Assembly: GCA_040954595.2 (NCBI GenBank)
Contig: CM082596.2
Location: 3,341,025-3,405,024, forward strand
Origin: Balanoglossus misakiensis
Lineage: Eukaryota; Animalia; Hemichordata
Reading direction: 5' to 3'
Length of the DNA: 64,000 nt
Made by a program: the position numbers and the translations under genes. The first letter of the stretch is position 1; every line of letters begins with the position of its first letter. Of this stretch, positions 35,201 through 48,000 are shown one piece after another. The notes under the pieces were generated by a model. It was not told the DNA's origin and made no database searches. It saw only the letters and a program-made list of their open reading frames with translations.

Positions 35201-35262
35201 ACTAACTTTAACTGATTTTTTTCTTTCAGGCTCAGCGATACGGACACAGTCCTGTTGATTAG
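23212..35262 (+). CDS. adhesion GPCR (signal peptide, C-type lectin, Thr-rich stalk, Sushi, Ca-binding EGF, HormR, GAIN/GPS, 7TM), ~24 exons, ~1027 aa
   Basis: Exons: 23212-23278, 23492-23703, 24168-24342, 24455-24775, 24913-25086, 25319-25429, 25706-25806, 25934-26128, 26383-26451, 26562-26682, 27123-27269, 27508-27734 (GC donor), 27901-27950, 28185-28311, 28632-28729, 28846-28957, 29182-29306, 29405-29497, 29869-29935, 30086-30174, 30357-30483, 30638-30679, 31013-31213 and probably 35230-35262 (AQRYGHSPVD*). They splice into one open frame of 3084 nt. Motifs: CPDGW..CY, FICEK, DINEC, W..T...C/RFC...GNW, NPRC..W...C..CSC, YVLTGWLMP, CWL, EGSIIF..NREV. The final exon is less certain; an unspliced alternative stops at 31264. 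Confidence 0.88.
31388..31478 (+). repeat. 91-bp direct duplication, left copy
   Basis: AAAAGGATTACTCAAACATACAC...GTATGGGCATACTAA; 89/91 identical to 35115-35205. Confidence 0.95.
31477..31668 (+). repeat. 88-bp minisatellite, ~2.2 copies
   Basis: TGACAAATTCTTGAC starts at 31479, 31567 and 31655. It belongs to the same family as 35426-35725. Confidence 0.93.
31672..33543 (+). pseudogene. scrambled partial duplicates of the large exon of the upstream zinc-finger gene
   Basis: 31672-32464 matches 20292-21084 (AT-hooks + fingers 1-6). ~32479-33000 matches ~19907-20488 with in-frame deletions. ~33001-33098 matches ~20633-20730. ~33096-33543 matches ~20325-20772. There are no flanking exons, and the copies are truncated. 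Confidence 0.9.
33690..35114 (-). mobile_element. 5' fragment of a DIRS-type (tyrosine-recombinase) retrotransposon with gag-like ORF
   Basis: The ORF from ATG 34438 contains VQAALVK...DALALLGHTNHLFNMRRRDVMR...YGHLC...TDDLFGEDVTKRLKDIQEINK and an RG-rich tail. I recognise this pattern from invertebrate DIRS ORF1/gag. No RT, RNase H or tyrosine recombinase is present. The upstream ~680 bp are presumed to be the element's 5' end. Confidence 0.7.
35115..35205 (+). repeat. 91-bp direct duplication, right copy
   Basis: Matches 31388-31478 and continues into a polypyrimidine tract and AG acceptor at 35228-35229. Confidence 0.95.
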
Positions 35263-35425
35263 AGAAAAGACTCAAGTACTTCATAATGCTTGAAATGTAC
35301 AATGTGTATAATACGGTTGTTTTTATTATGTTTTTACAACAAAACGTGACATCACTCATCACTTATTGTGAGGGCATTATTCTCATCACCACAATTAAAA
35401 GTGAACAACCAGCTGCTTATTTTAG

Positions 35426-35725
35426 AAAATGACCAATTCAATGACTTTGTGAATTTTTGCCACCTTCAATATTTGCATGTTATATTCATGGATTTAAGCT
35501 CATTCATGCCCCAAAAATGACCACTTCTTGACTTTGTGAATTTTGGTCACCTTCAGCATTTTCATGTTATATTCGTGGATTTAAGCTCATTCATGCCCAA
35601 AAATGACAAATTCTTGACTTTGTGAATTTTGATCACCTTCAGCATTTGCATGTTATATTCGTGGATTTAAGCTCATACATGCCCAAAAATGACAAATTCT
35701 TGACTTTACAAATTTTGGTCAACAT
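35426..35725 (+). repeat. 86-88 bp minisatellite, ~3.4 copies
   Basis: Unit starts (TGAC) at 35430, 35518, 35604 and 35690. Confidence 0.93.
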
Positions 35726-35915
35726 CACCAATGGAGCAATTTCAAGAGTGGTTGAATATTATGGGGTGTTGGGGGCGTGTAAACATAATTATCGACTAAT
35801 TACTAAGGCTACCAGTCCACATTGCGATTGAAGATTTTTTGTATTGTATCAACAAATCATCGGTTTTCAAATACATTGATTTCAATTAAAAAATATCATA
35901 CTACGTGTTGATAGC

Positions 35916-36020
35916 TTTTGATCTTCATTTTGAGAATGAGTGTCTGTGTCTGTCCCTGTTTGTGTGTGTGTGTTAATAATAAGAAGTTTGTAAACCATAG
36001 ACAGTCTACAGATATAAATC
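35916..36020 (+). mobile_element. putative 5' end of a Helentron-associated (HINE/DINE-1/pearl-like) element leading into the satellite
   Basis: T-run, short hairpin TCATT-TTGAG-AATGA, a (GTCT/GT)n microsatellite at 35941-35973, a TTGTAAAC leader, then tandem repeats. This order matches the known HINE layout. Structural inference only. Confidence 0.5.
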
Positions 36021-39000
36021 GTTTCTGGACGATTTTCATGAGCTATAACCCATGGTTTTTATCCAAAAATCACCAAATTTTGAAAATTCTCGAATTCGAA
36101 AAATTGAGTTTTCTGGACGATTTTCATGGGCTATAACGCATGGTTTTCATCAAAAAACCACCAAATTTTGAAAATTCGCGAAGTCGAAAAATTGAGGTTT
36201 CTGGACGATTTTCATGAGCTATAACCCATGGTTTTTATCAAAAAATCACAAAATTTTGAAAATTCGCGAAGTCGAAAAATTGAGGTTTCTGGACGATTTT
36301 CATGAGCTATAACCCATGGTTTTTATCCAAAAACCACCAAATTTTGAAAATTCGCGAAGTCGAAAAATTGAGGTTTCTGGACGATTTTCATGGGCTATAA
36401 CCCATGGTTTTTATCCAAAAATCACCAAATTTTGAAAATTCTCGAATTCGAAAAATTGAGTTTTCTGGACGATTTTCATGGGCTATAACGCATGGTTTTC
36501 ATCAAAAAACCACCAAATTTTGAAAATTCGCGAAGTCGAAAAATTGAGGTTTCTGGACGATTTTCATGAGCTATAACCCATGGTTTTTATCAAAAAGTCA
36601 CCAAATTTTGAAAATTCGCGAAGTCGAAAAATTGAGGTTTCTGGACGATTTTCATGAGCTATAACCCATGGTTTTTATCCAAAAACCACCAAATTTTGAA
36701 AATTCGCGAAGTCGAAAAATTGAGGTTTCTGGACGATTTTCATGGGCTATAACCCATGGTTTTTATCAAAAAATCACCAAATTTTGAAAATTCGCGAAGT
36801 CGAAAAATTGAGGTTTCTGGACGATTTTCATGGGCTATAACCCATGATTTTTATCAAAAAATCACCAAATTTTGAAAATTCGCGAAGTCGAAAAATTGAG
36901 GTTTCTGGACGATTTTCATGAGCTATAACCCATGGTTTTTATCCAAAAACCACCAAATTTTGAAAATTCGCGAAGTCGAAAAATTGAGGTTTCTGGACGA
37001 TTTTCATGGGCTATAACCCATGGTTTTTATCAAAAAATCACCAAATTTTGAAAATTCGCGAAGTCGAAAAATTGAGGTTTCTGGACGATTTTCATGAGCT
37101 ATAACCCATGATTTTTATCAAAAAATCACCAAATTTTGAAAATTCGCGAAGTCGAAAAATTGAGGTTTCTGGACGATTTTCATGAGCTATAACCCATGAT
37201 TTTTATCAAAAAATCACCAAATTTTGAAAATTCTCGAAGTCGAAAAATTGAGGATTCTGGACGATTTTCATGAGCTATAACCCATGATTTTTATCAAAAA
37301 ATCACCAAATTTTGAAAATTCGCGAAGTCGAAAAATTGAGGTTTAAGGACGATTTTCATGAGCTATAACCCATGATTTTTATCAAAAAATCACCAAATTT
37401 TGAAAATTCGCGAAGTCGAAAAATTGAGGTTTCTGGACGATTTTCATGGGCTATAACCCATGGTTTTTATCAAAAAATCACCAAATTTTGAAATTTCGCG
37501 AAGTCGAAAAATTGAGGTTTCTGGACGATTTTCATGGGCTATAACCCATGGTTTTTATCCAAAAATCACCAAATTTTGAAAATTCGCGAAGTCGAAAAAT
37601 TGAGGTTTCTGGACGATTTTCATGGGCTATAACCCATGGTTTTTATCAAAAAATCACCAAATTTTGAAAATTCTCGAATTCGAAAAATTGAGTTTTCTGG
37701 ACGATTTTCATGAGCTATAACGCATGGTTTTCATCAAAAAACCACCAAATTTTGAAAATTCGCGAAGTCGAAAAATTGAGGTTTCTGGACGATTTTCATG
37801 AGCTATAACCCATGGTTTTTATCAAAAAATCACCAAATTTTGAAAATTCGCGAAGTCGAAAAATTGAGGTTTCTGGACGATTTTCATGAGCTATAACCCA
37901 TGGTTTTTATCCAAAAACCACCAAATTTTGAAAATTCGCGAAGTCGAAAAATTGAGGTTTCTGGACGATTTTCATGGGCTATAACCCATGGTTTTTATCA
38001 AAAAATCACCAAATTTTGAAAATTCGCGAAGTCGAAAAATTTAGGTTTCTGGACGATTTTCATGGGCTATAACCCATGATTTTTATCAAAAAATCACCAA
38101 ATTTTGAAAATTCGCGAAGTCGAAAAATTGAGGTTTCTGGACGATTTTCATGAGCTATAACCCATGGTTTTTATCCAAAAACCACCAAATTTTGAAAATT
38201 CGCGAAGTCGAAAAATTGAGGTTTCTGGACGATTTTCATGGGCTATAACCCATGGTTTTTATCAAAAAATCACCAAATTTTGAAAATTCGCGAAGTCGAA
38301 AAATTGAGGTTTCTGGACGATTTTCATGAGCTATAACCCATGATTTTTATCAAAAAATCACCCAATTTTGAAAATTCGCGAAGTCGAAAAATTGAGGATT
38401 CTGGACGATTTTCATGAGCTATAACCCATGATTTTTATCAAAAAATCACCAAATTTTGAAAATTCGCGAAGTCGAAAAATTGAGGTTTAAGGACGATTTT
38501 CATGAGCTATAACCCATGGTTTTTATCAAAAAATCACCAAATTTTGAAAATTCGCGAAGTCGAAAAATTGAGGTTTCTGGACGATTTTCATGAGCTATAA
38601 CCCATGATTTTTATCAAAAAATCACCAAATTTTGAAAATTCGCGAAGTCGAAAAATTGAGGATTCTGGACGATTTTCATGAGCTATAACCCATGATTTTT
38701 ATCAAAAAATCACCAAATTTTGAAAATTCGCGAAGTCGAAGAATTGAGGTTTAAGGACGATTTTCATGAGCTATAACCCATGATTTTTATCAAAAAATCA
38801 CCAAATTTTAAAAATTCGCGAAGTCGAAAAATTGAGGTTTCTGGACGATTTTCATGGGCTATAACCCATGGTTTTTATCAAAAAATCACCAAATTTTGAA
38901 AATTCTCGAATTCGAAAAATTGAGTTTTCTGGACGATTTTCATGGGCTATAACCCATGGTTTTTATCAAAAAATCACCAGATTTTGAAAATTCGCGAAGT

Positions 39001-42000
39001 CGAAAAATTGAGGTTTCTGGACGATTTTCATGGGCTATAACCCATGGTTTTCATCATAAAATCACCAAATTTTGAAAATTCGCGAAGTCGAAAAATTGAG
39101 GTTTCTGGACGATTTTCATGAGCTATAACCCATGATTTTTATCAAAAAATCACCAAATTTTGAAAATTCGCGAAGTCGAAAAATTGAGGTTTCTGGACGA
39201 TTTTCATGAGCTATAACCCATGATTTTTATCAAAAAATCACCAAATTTTAAAAATTCGCGAAGTCGAAAAATTGAGGTTTCTGGACGATTTTCATGAGCT
39301 ATAACCCATGATTTTTATCAAAAAATCAGCAAATTTTAAAAATTCGCGAAGTCGAAAAATTGAGGTTTCTGGACGATTTTCATGAGCTATAACCCATGAT
39401 TTTTATCAAAAAATCACCAAATTTTAAAAATTCGCGAAGTCGAAAAATTGAGGTTTCTGGACGATTTTCATGGGCTATAACCCATGGTTTTTATCAAAAA
39501 ATCACCAAATTTTGAAAATTCGCGAAGTCGAAAAATTGAGGTTTCTGGACGATTTTCATGGGCTATAACCCATGGTTTTTATCAAAAAATCACCAAATTT
39601 TAAAACTTCGCGAAGTCGAAAAATTGAGGTTTCTGGACGATTTTCATGGGCTATAACCCATGGTTTTTATCAAAAAATCACCAAATTTTAAAAATTCGCG
39701 AAGTCGAAAAATTGAGGTTTCTGGACGATTTTCATGAGCTATAACCCATGGTTTTTATCAAAAAATCACCAAATGTTGAAAATTCGCGAAGTCGAAAAAT
39801 TGAGGTTTCTGGACGATTTTCATGAGCTATAACCCATGATTTTTATCAAAAAATCACCAAATTTTGAAAATTCGCGAAGTCGAAAAATTGAGGTTTCTGG
39901 ACGATTTTCATGAGCTATAACCCATGATTTTTATCAAAAAATCACCAAATATTAAAAATTCGCGAAGTCGAAAAATTGAGGTTTCTGGACGATTTTCATG
40001 AGCTATAGCCCATGGTTTTTATCAAAAAATCACCAAATGTTGAAAATTCGCGAAGTCGAAAAATTGAGGTTTCTGGACGATTTTCATGAGCTATAACCCA
40101 TGATTTTTATCAAAAAATCACCAAATTTTGAAAATTCGCGAAGTCGAAAAATTGTGGTTTCTGGACGATTTTCATGAGCTATAACCCATGATTTTTATCA
40201 AAAAATCACCAAATATTAAAAATTCGCGAAGTCGAAAAATTGAGGTTTCTGGACGATTTTCATGAGCTATAACCCATGATTTTTATCAAAAAATCACCAA
40301 ATTTTGAAAATTCCGAAGTCGAAAAATTGAGGTTTCTGGACGATTTTCATGAGCTATAACCCATGATTTTTATCAAAAAATCACCAAATTTTAAAAATTC
40401 GCGAAGTCGAAAAATTGAGGTTTCTGGACGATTTTCATGAGCTATAACCCATGATTTTTATCAAAAAATCACCAAATTTAAAAAATTCGCGCGAAGTCGA
40501 AAAATTGAGGTTTCTGGACGATTTTCATGGGCTATAACCCATGGTTTTTATCAAAAAATCACCAAATTTTGAAAATTCGCGAAGTAGAAAAATTGAGGTT
40601 TCTGGACGATTTTCATGAGCTATAACCCATGATTTTTATCAAAAAATCACCAAATTTTGAAAATTCGCGAAGTCGAAAAATTGAGGTTTCTGGACGATTT
40701 TCATGAGCTATAACCCATGATTTTTATCAAAAAATCACCAAATTTTAAAAATTCGCGAAGTCGAAAAATTGAGGTTTCTGGACGATTTTCATGAGCTATA
40801 ACCCATGGTTTTTATCAAAAAATCACGAAATGTTGAAAATTCGCGAAGTCGAAAAATTGAGGTTTCTGGACGATTTTCATGAGCTATAACCCATGATTTT
40901 TATCAAAAAATCACCAAATTTTGAAAATTCCGAAGTCGAAAAATTGAGGTTTCTGGACGATTTTCATGAGCTATAACCCATGATTTTTATCAAAAAATCA
41001 CCAAATTTTGAAAATTCGCGAAGTCGAAAAATTGAGGTTTCTGGACGATTTTCATGAGCTATAACCCATGATTTTTATCAAAAAATCACCAAATATTAAA
41101 AATTCGCGAAGTCGAAAAATTGAGGTTTCTGGACGATTTTCATGAGCTATAACCCATGATTTTTATCAAAAAATCACCAAATTTTGAAAATTCCGAAGTC
41201 GAAAAATTGAGGTTTCTGGACGATTTTCATGAGCTATAACCCATGATTTTTATCAAAAAATCACCAAATTTTAAAAATTCGCGAAGTCGAAAAATTGAGG
41301 TTTCTGGACGATTTTCATGGGCTATAACCCATGGTTTTTATCAAAAAATCACCAAATTTTAAAAATTCGCAAAGTCAAAAAATTGAGGTTTCTGGACGAT
41401 TTTCATGGGCTATAACGCATGGTTTTCATCAAAAAACCACCAAATTTTGAAAATTCGCGAAGTCGAAAAATTGAGGTTTCTGGACGATTTTCATGAGCTA
41501 TAACCCATGGTTTTTATCAAAAAATCACCAAATTTTGAAAATTCGCGAAGTCGAAAAATTGAGGTTTCTGGACGATTTTCATGAGCTATAACCCATGGTT
41601 TTTATCCAAAAACCACCAAATTTTTGAAAATTCGCGAAATCGAAAAATTGAGGTTTCTGGACGATTTTCATGGGCTATAACCCATGGTTTTTATCAAAAA
41701 ATCACCAAATTTTGAAAATTCGCGAAGTCGAAAAATTGAGGTTTCTGGACGATTTTCATGAGCTATAACCCATGATTTTTATCAAAAAATCACCAAATTT
41801 TGAAAATTCGCGAAGTCGAAAAATTGAGGTTTCTGGACGATTTTCATGAGCTATAACCCATGATTTTTATCAAAAAATCACCAAATTTTGAAAATTCGCG
41901 AAGTCGAAAAATTGAGGTTTAAGGACGATTTTCATGAGCTATAACCCATGATTTTTATCAAAAAATCACCAAATTTTAAAAATTCGCGAAGTCGAAAAAT

Positions 42001-45000
42001 TGAGGTTTCTGGACGATTTTCATGGGCTATAACCCATGGTTTTTATCAAAAAATCACCAAATTTTGAAAATTCGCGAAGTAGAAAAATTGAGGTTTCTGG
42101 ACGATTTTCATGAGCTATAACCCATGATTTTTATCAAAAAATCACCAAATTTTGAAAATTCGCGAAGTCGAAAAATTGAGGTTTCTGGACGATTTTCATG
42201 AGCTATAACCCATGATTTTTATCAAAAAATCACCAAATTTTAAAAATTCGCGAAGTCGAAAAATTGAGGTTTCTGGACGATTTTCATGGGCTATAACCCA
42301 TGGTTTTCATCAAAAAATCACCAAATTTTGAAAATTCGCGAAGTCGAAAAATTGAGGTTTCTGGACGATTTTCATGAGCTATAACCCATGATTTTTATCA
42401 AAAAATCACCAAATTTTGAAAATTCGCGAAGTAGAAAAATTGAGGTTTCTGGACGATTTTCATGAGCTATAACCCATGATTTTTATCAAAAAATCACCAA
42501 ATTTTGAAAATTCGCGAAGTCGAAAAATTGAGGTTTCTGGACGATTTTCATGAGCTATAACCCATGATTTTTATCAAAAAATCACCAAATTTTAAAAATT
42601 CGCGAAGTCGAAAAATTGAGGTTTCTGGACGATTTTCATGGGCTATAACCCATGGTTTTCATCAAAAAATCACCAAATTTTGAAAATTCGCGAAGTCGAA
42701 AAATTGAGGTTTCTGGACGATTTTCATGAGCTATAACCCATGATTTTTATCAAAAAATCACCAAATTTTGAAAATTCGCGAAGTCGAAAAATTGAGGTTT
42801 CTGGACGATTTTCATGAGCTATAACCCATGATTTTTATCAAAAAATCACCAAATTTTGAAAATTCGCGAAGTCGAAAAATTGAGGTTTCTGGACGATTTT
42901 CATGAGCTATAACCCATGATTTTTATCAAAAAATCACCAAATTTTAAAAATTCGCGAAGTCGAAAAATTGAGGTTTCTGGACGATTTTCATGGGCTATAA
43001 CCCATGGTTTTTATCAAAAAATCACCAAATTTTAAAAATTAGCGAAGTCGAAAAATTCAGGTTTCTGGACGATTTTCATGGGCTATAACCCATGGTTTTT
43101 ATCAAAAAATCACCAAATGTTGAAAATTCGCGAAGTCGAAAAATTGAGGTTTCTGGACGATTTTCATGAGCTATAACCCATGATTTTTATCAAAAAACCA
43201 CCAAATTTTGAAAATTCCGAAGTCGAAAAATTGAGGTTTCTGGACGATTTTCATGAGCTATAACCCATGATTTTTATAAAAAAATCACCAAATTTTGAAA
43301 ATTCGCGAAGTCGAAAAATTGAGGTTTCTGGACGATTTTCATGAGCTATAACCCATGATTTTTATCAAAAAATCACCAAATTTTGAAAATTCCGAAGTCG
43401 AAAAATTGAGGTTTCTGGACGATTTTCATGGGCTATAACCCATGATTTTTATCAAAAAATCACCAAATTTTAAAAATTCGCGAAGTCGAAAAATTGAGGT
43501 TTCTGGACGATTTTCATGAGCTATAACCCATGATTTTTATCAAAAAATCACCAAATTTTAAAAATTCGCGAAGTCGAAAAATTGAGGTTTCTGGACGATT
43601 TTCATGGGCTATAACCCATGGTTTTTATCAAAAAATCACCAAATTTTGAAAATTCGCGAAGTAGAAAAATTGAGGTTTCTGGACGATTTTCATGAGCTAT
43701 AACCCATGATTTTTATCAAAAAATCACCAAATTTTGAAAATTCGCGAAGTCGAAAAATTGAGGTTTCTGGACGATTTTCATGAGCTATAACCCATGATTT
43801 TTATCAAAAAATCACCAAATTTTAAAAATTCGCGAAGTCGAAAAATTGAGGTTTCTGGACGATTTTCATGAGCTATAACCCATGGTTTTTATCAAAAAAT
43901 CACCAAATGTTGAAAATTCGCGAAGTCGAAAAATTGAGGTTTCTGGACGATTTTCATGAGCTATAACCCATGATTTTTATCAAAAATCACCAAATTTTGA
44001 AAATTCCGAAGTCGAAAAATTGAGGTTTCTGGACGATTTTCATGAGCTATAACCCATGATTTTTATCAAAAAATCACCAAATTTTGAAAATTCGCGAAGT
44101 CGAAAAATTGAGGTTTCTGGACGATTTTCATGAGCTATAACCCATGATTTTTATCAAAAAATCACCAAATTTTAAAAATTCGCGAAGTCGAAAAATTGAG
44201 GTTTCTGGACGATTTTCATGGGCTATAACCCATGGTTTTTATCAAAAAATCACCAAATGTTGAAAATTCGCGAAGTCGAAAAATTGAGGTTTCTGGACGA
44301 TTTTCATGAGCTATAACCCATGATTTTTATCAAAAAACCACCAAATTTTGAAAATTCCGAAGTCGAAAAATTGAGGTTTCTGGACGATTTTCATGAGCTA
44401 TAACCCATGATTTTTATAAAAAAATCACCAAATTTTGAAAATTCGCGAAGTCGAAAAATTGAGGTTTCTGGACGATTTTCATGAGCTATAACCCATGATT
44501 TTTATCAAAAAATCACCAAATTTTGAAAATTCCGAAGTCGAAAAATTGAGGTTTCTGGACGATTTTCATGGGCTATAACCCATGATTTTTATCAAAAAAT
44601 CACCAAATTTTAAAAATTCGCGAAGTCGAAAAATTGAGGTTTCTGGACGATTTTCATGAGCTATAACCCATGATTTTTATCAAAAAATCACCAAATTTTA
44701 AAAATTCGCGAAGTCGAAAAATTGAGGTTTCTGGACGATTTTCATGGGCTATAACCCATGGTTTTTATCAAAAAATCACCAAATTTTGAAAATTCGCGAA
44801 GTAGAAAAATTGAGGTTTCTGGACGATTTTCATGAGCTATAACCCATGATTTTTATCAAAAAATCACCAAATTTTGAAAATTCGCGAAGTCGAAAAATTG
44901 AGGTTTCTGGACGATTTTCATGAGCTATAACCCATGATTTTTATCAAAAAATCACCAAATTTTAAAAATTCGCGAAGCCGAAAAATTGAGGTTTCTGGAC

Positions 45001-48000
45001 GATTTTCATGAGCTATAACCCATGGTTTTTATCAAAAAATCACCAAATGTTGAAAATTCGCGAAGTCGAAAAATTGAGGTTTCTGGACGATTTTCATGAG
45101 CTATAACCCATGATTTTTATCAAAAATCACCAAATTTTGAAAATTCCGAAGTCGAAAAATTGAGGTTTCTGGACGATTTTCATGAGCTATAACCCATGAT
45201 TTTTATCAAAAAATCACCAAATTTTGAAAATTCGCGAAGTCGAAAAATTGAGGTTTCTGGACGATTTTCATGAGCTATAACCCATGATTTTTATCAAAAA
45301 ATCACCAAATTTTAAAAATTCGCGAAGTCGAAAAATTGAGGTTTCTGGACGATTTTCATGAGCTATAACCCATGATTTTTATCAAAAAATCACCAAATTT
45401 TAAAAATTCGCGAAGTCGAAAAATTAAAGTTTCTGGACGATTTTCATGGGCTATAACCCATGGTTTTTATCAAAAAATCACCAAATTTTGAAAATTCGCG
45501 AAGTAGAAAAATTGAGGTTTCTGGACGATTTTCATGAGCTATAACCCATGATTTTTATCAAAAAATCACCAAATTTTGAAAATTCGCGAAGTCGAAAAAT
45601 TGAGGTTTCTGGACGATTTTCATTAGCTATAACCCATGATTTTTATCAAAAAATCACCAAATTTTAAAAATTCGCGAAGTCGAAAAATTGAGGTTTCTGG
45701 ACGATTTTCATGAGCTATAACCCATGGTTTTTATCAAAAAATCACCAAATGTTGAAAATTCGCGAAGTCGAAAAATTGAGGTTTCTGGACGATTTTCATG
45801 AGCTATAACCCATGATTTTTATCAAAAAATCACCAAATTTTGAAAATTCCGAAGTCGAAAAATTGAGGTTTCTGGACGATTTTCATGAGCTATAACCCAT
45901 GATTTTTATCAAAAAATCACCAAATTTTGAAAATTCGCGAAGTCGAAAAATTGAGGTTTCTGGACGATTTTCATGAGCTATAACCCATGATTTTTATCAA
46001 AAAATCACCAAATATTAAAAATTCGCGAAGTCGAAAAATTGAGGTTTCTGGACGATTTTCATGAGCTATAACCCATGATTTTTATCAAAAAATCACCAAA
46101 TTTTGAAAATTCCGAAGTCGAAAAATTGAGGTTTCTGGACGATTTTCATGAGCTATAACCCATGATTTTTATCAAAAAATCACCAAATTTTAAAAATTCG
46201 CGAAGTCGAAAAATTGAGGTTTCTGGACGATTTTCATGAGCTATAACCCATGATTTTTATCAAAAAATCACCAAATTTTAAAAATTCGCGAAGTCGAAAA
46301 ATTGAGGTTTCTGGACGATTTTCATGGGCTATAACCCATGGTTTTTATCAAAAAATCACCAAATTTGAAAATTCGCGAAGTAGAAAAATTGAGGTTTCTG
46401 GACGATTTTCATGAGCTATAACCCATGATTTTTATCAAAAAATCACCAAATTTTGAAAATTCGCGAAGTCGAAAAATTGAGGTTTCTGGACGATTTTCAT
46501 GAGCTATAACCCATGATTTTTATCAAAAAATCACCAAATTTTAAAAATTCGCGAAGTCGAAAAATTGAGGTTTCTGGACGATTTTCATGAGCTATAACCC
46601 ATGATTTTTATCAAAAAATCACCAAATTTTAAAAATTCGCGAAGTCGAAAAATTGAGGTTTCTGGACGATTTTCATGGGCTATAACCCATGGTTTTTATC
46701 AAAAAATCACCAAATGTTGAAAATTCGCGAAGTCGAAAAATTGAGGTTTCTGGACGATTTTCATGAGCTATAACCCATGATTTTTATCAAAAAATCACCA
46801 AATTTTGAAAATTCCGAAGTCGAAAAATTGAGGTTTCTGGACGATTTTCATGAGCTATAACCCATGATTTTTATCAAAAAATCACCAAATTTTGAAAATT
46901 CGCGAAGTCGAAAAATTGAGGTTTCTGGACGATTTTCATGAGCTATAACCCATGATTTTTATCAAAAAATCACCAAATGTTAAAAATTCGCGAAGTCGAA
47001 AAATTGAGGTTTCTGGACGATTTTCATGAGCTATAACCCATGATTTTTATCAAAAAATCACCAAATTTTGAAAATTCCGAAGTCGAAAAATTGAGGTTTC
47101 TGGACGATTTTCATGAGCTATAACCCATGATTTTTATCAAAAAATCACCAAATTTTGAAAATTCGCGAAGTCGAAAAATTGAGGTTTCTGGACGATTTTC
47201 ATGAGCTATAACCCATGATTTTTATCAAAAAATCACCAAATTTTGAAAATTCCGAAGTCGAAAAATTGAGGTTTCTGGACGATTTTCATGAGCTATAACC
47301 CATGATTTTTATCAAAAAATCACCAAATTTTGAAAATTCGCGAAGTCGAAAAATTGAGGTTTCTGGACGATTTTCATGAGCTATAACCCATGATTTTTAT
47401 CAAAAAATCACCAAATTTTGAAAATTCCGAAGTCGAAAAATTGAGGTTTCTGGACGATTTTCATGAGCTATAACCCATGATTTTTATCAAAAAATCACCA
47501 AATTTTGAAAATTCGCGAAGTCGAAAAATTGAGGTTTCTGGACGATTTTCATGGGCTATAACCCATGGTTTTTATCAAAAAATCACCAAATGTTGAAAAT
47601 TCGCGAAGTCGAAAAATTGAGGTTTCTGGACGATTTTCATGGGCTATAACCCATGATTTTTATCAAAAAATCACCAAATTTTGAAAATTCGCGAAGTCGA
47701 AAAATTGAGGTTTCTGGACGATTTTCATGAGCTATAACCCATGATTTTTATCAAAAAATCACCAAATTTTAAAAATTCGCGAAGTCGAAAAATTGAGGTT
47801 TCTGGACGATTTTCATGAGCTATAACCCATGATTTTTATCAAAAAATCACCAAATTTTGAAAATTCCGAAGTCGAAAAATTGAGGTTTCTGGACGATTTT
47901 CATGAGCTATAACCCATGATTTTTATCAAAAAATCACCAAATGTTGAAAATTCGCGAAGTCGAAAAATTGAGGTTTCTGGACGATTTTCATGGGTTATAA

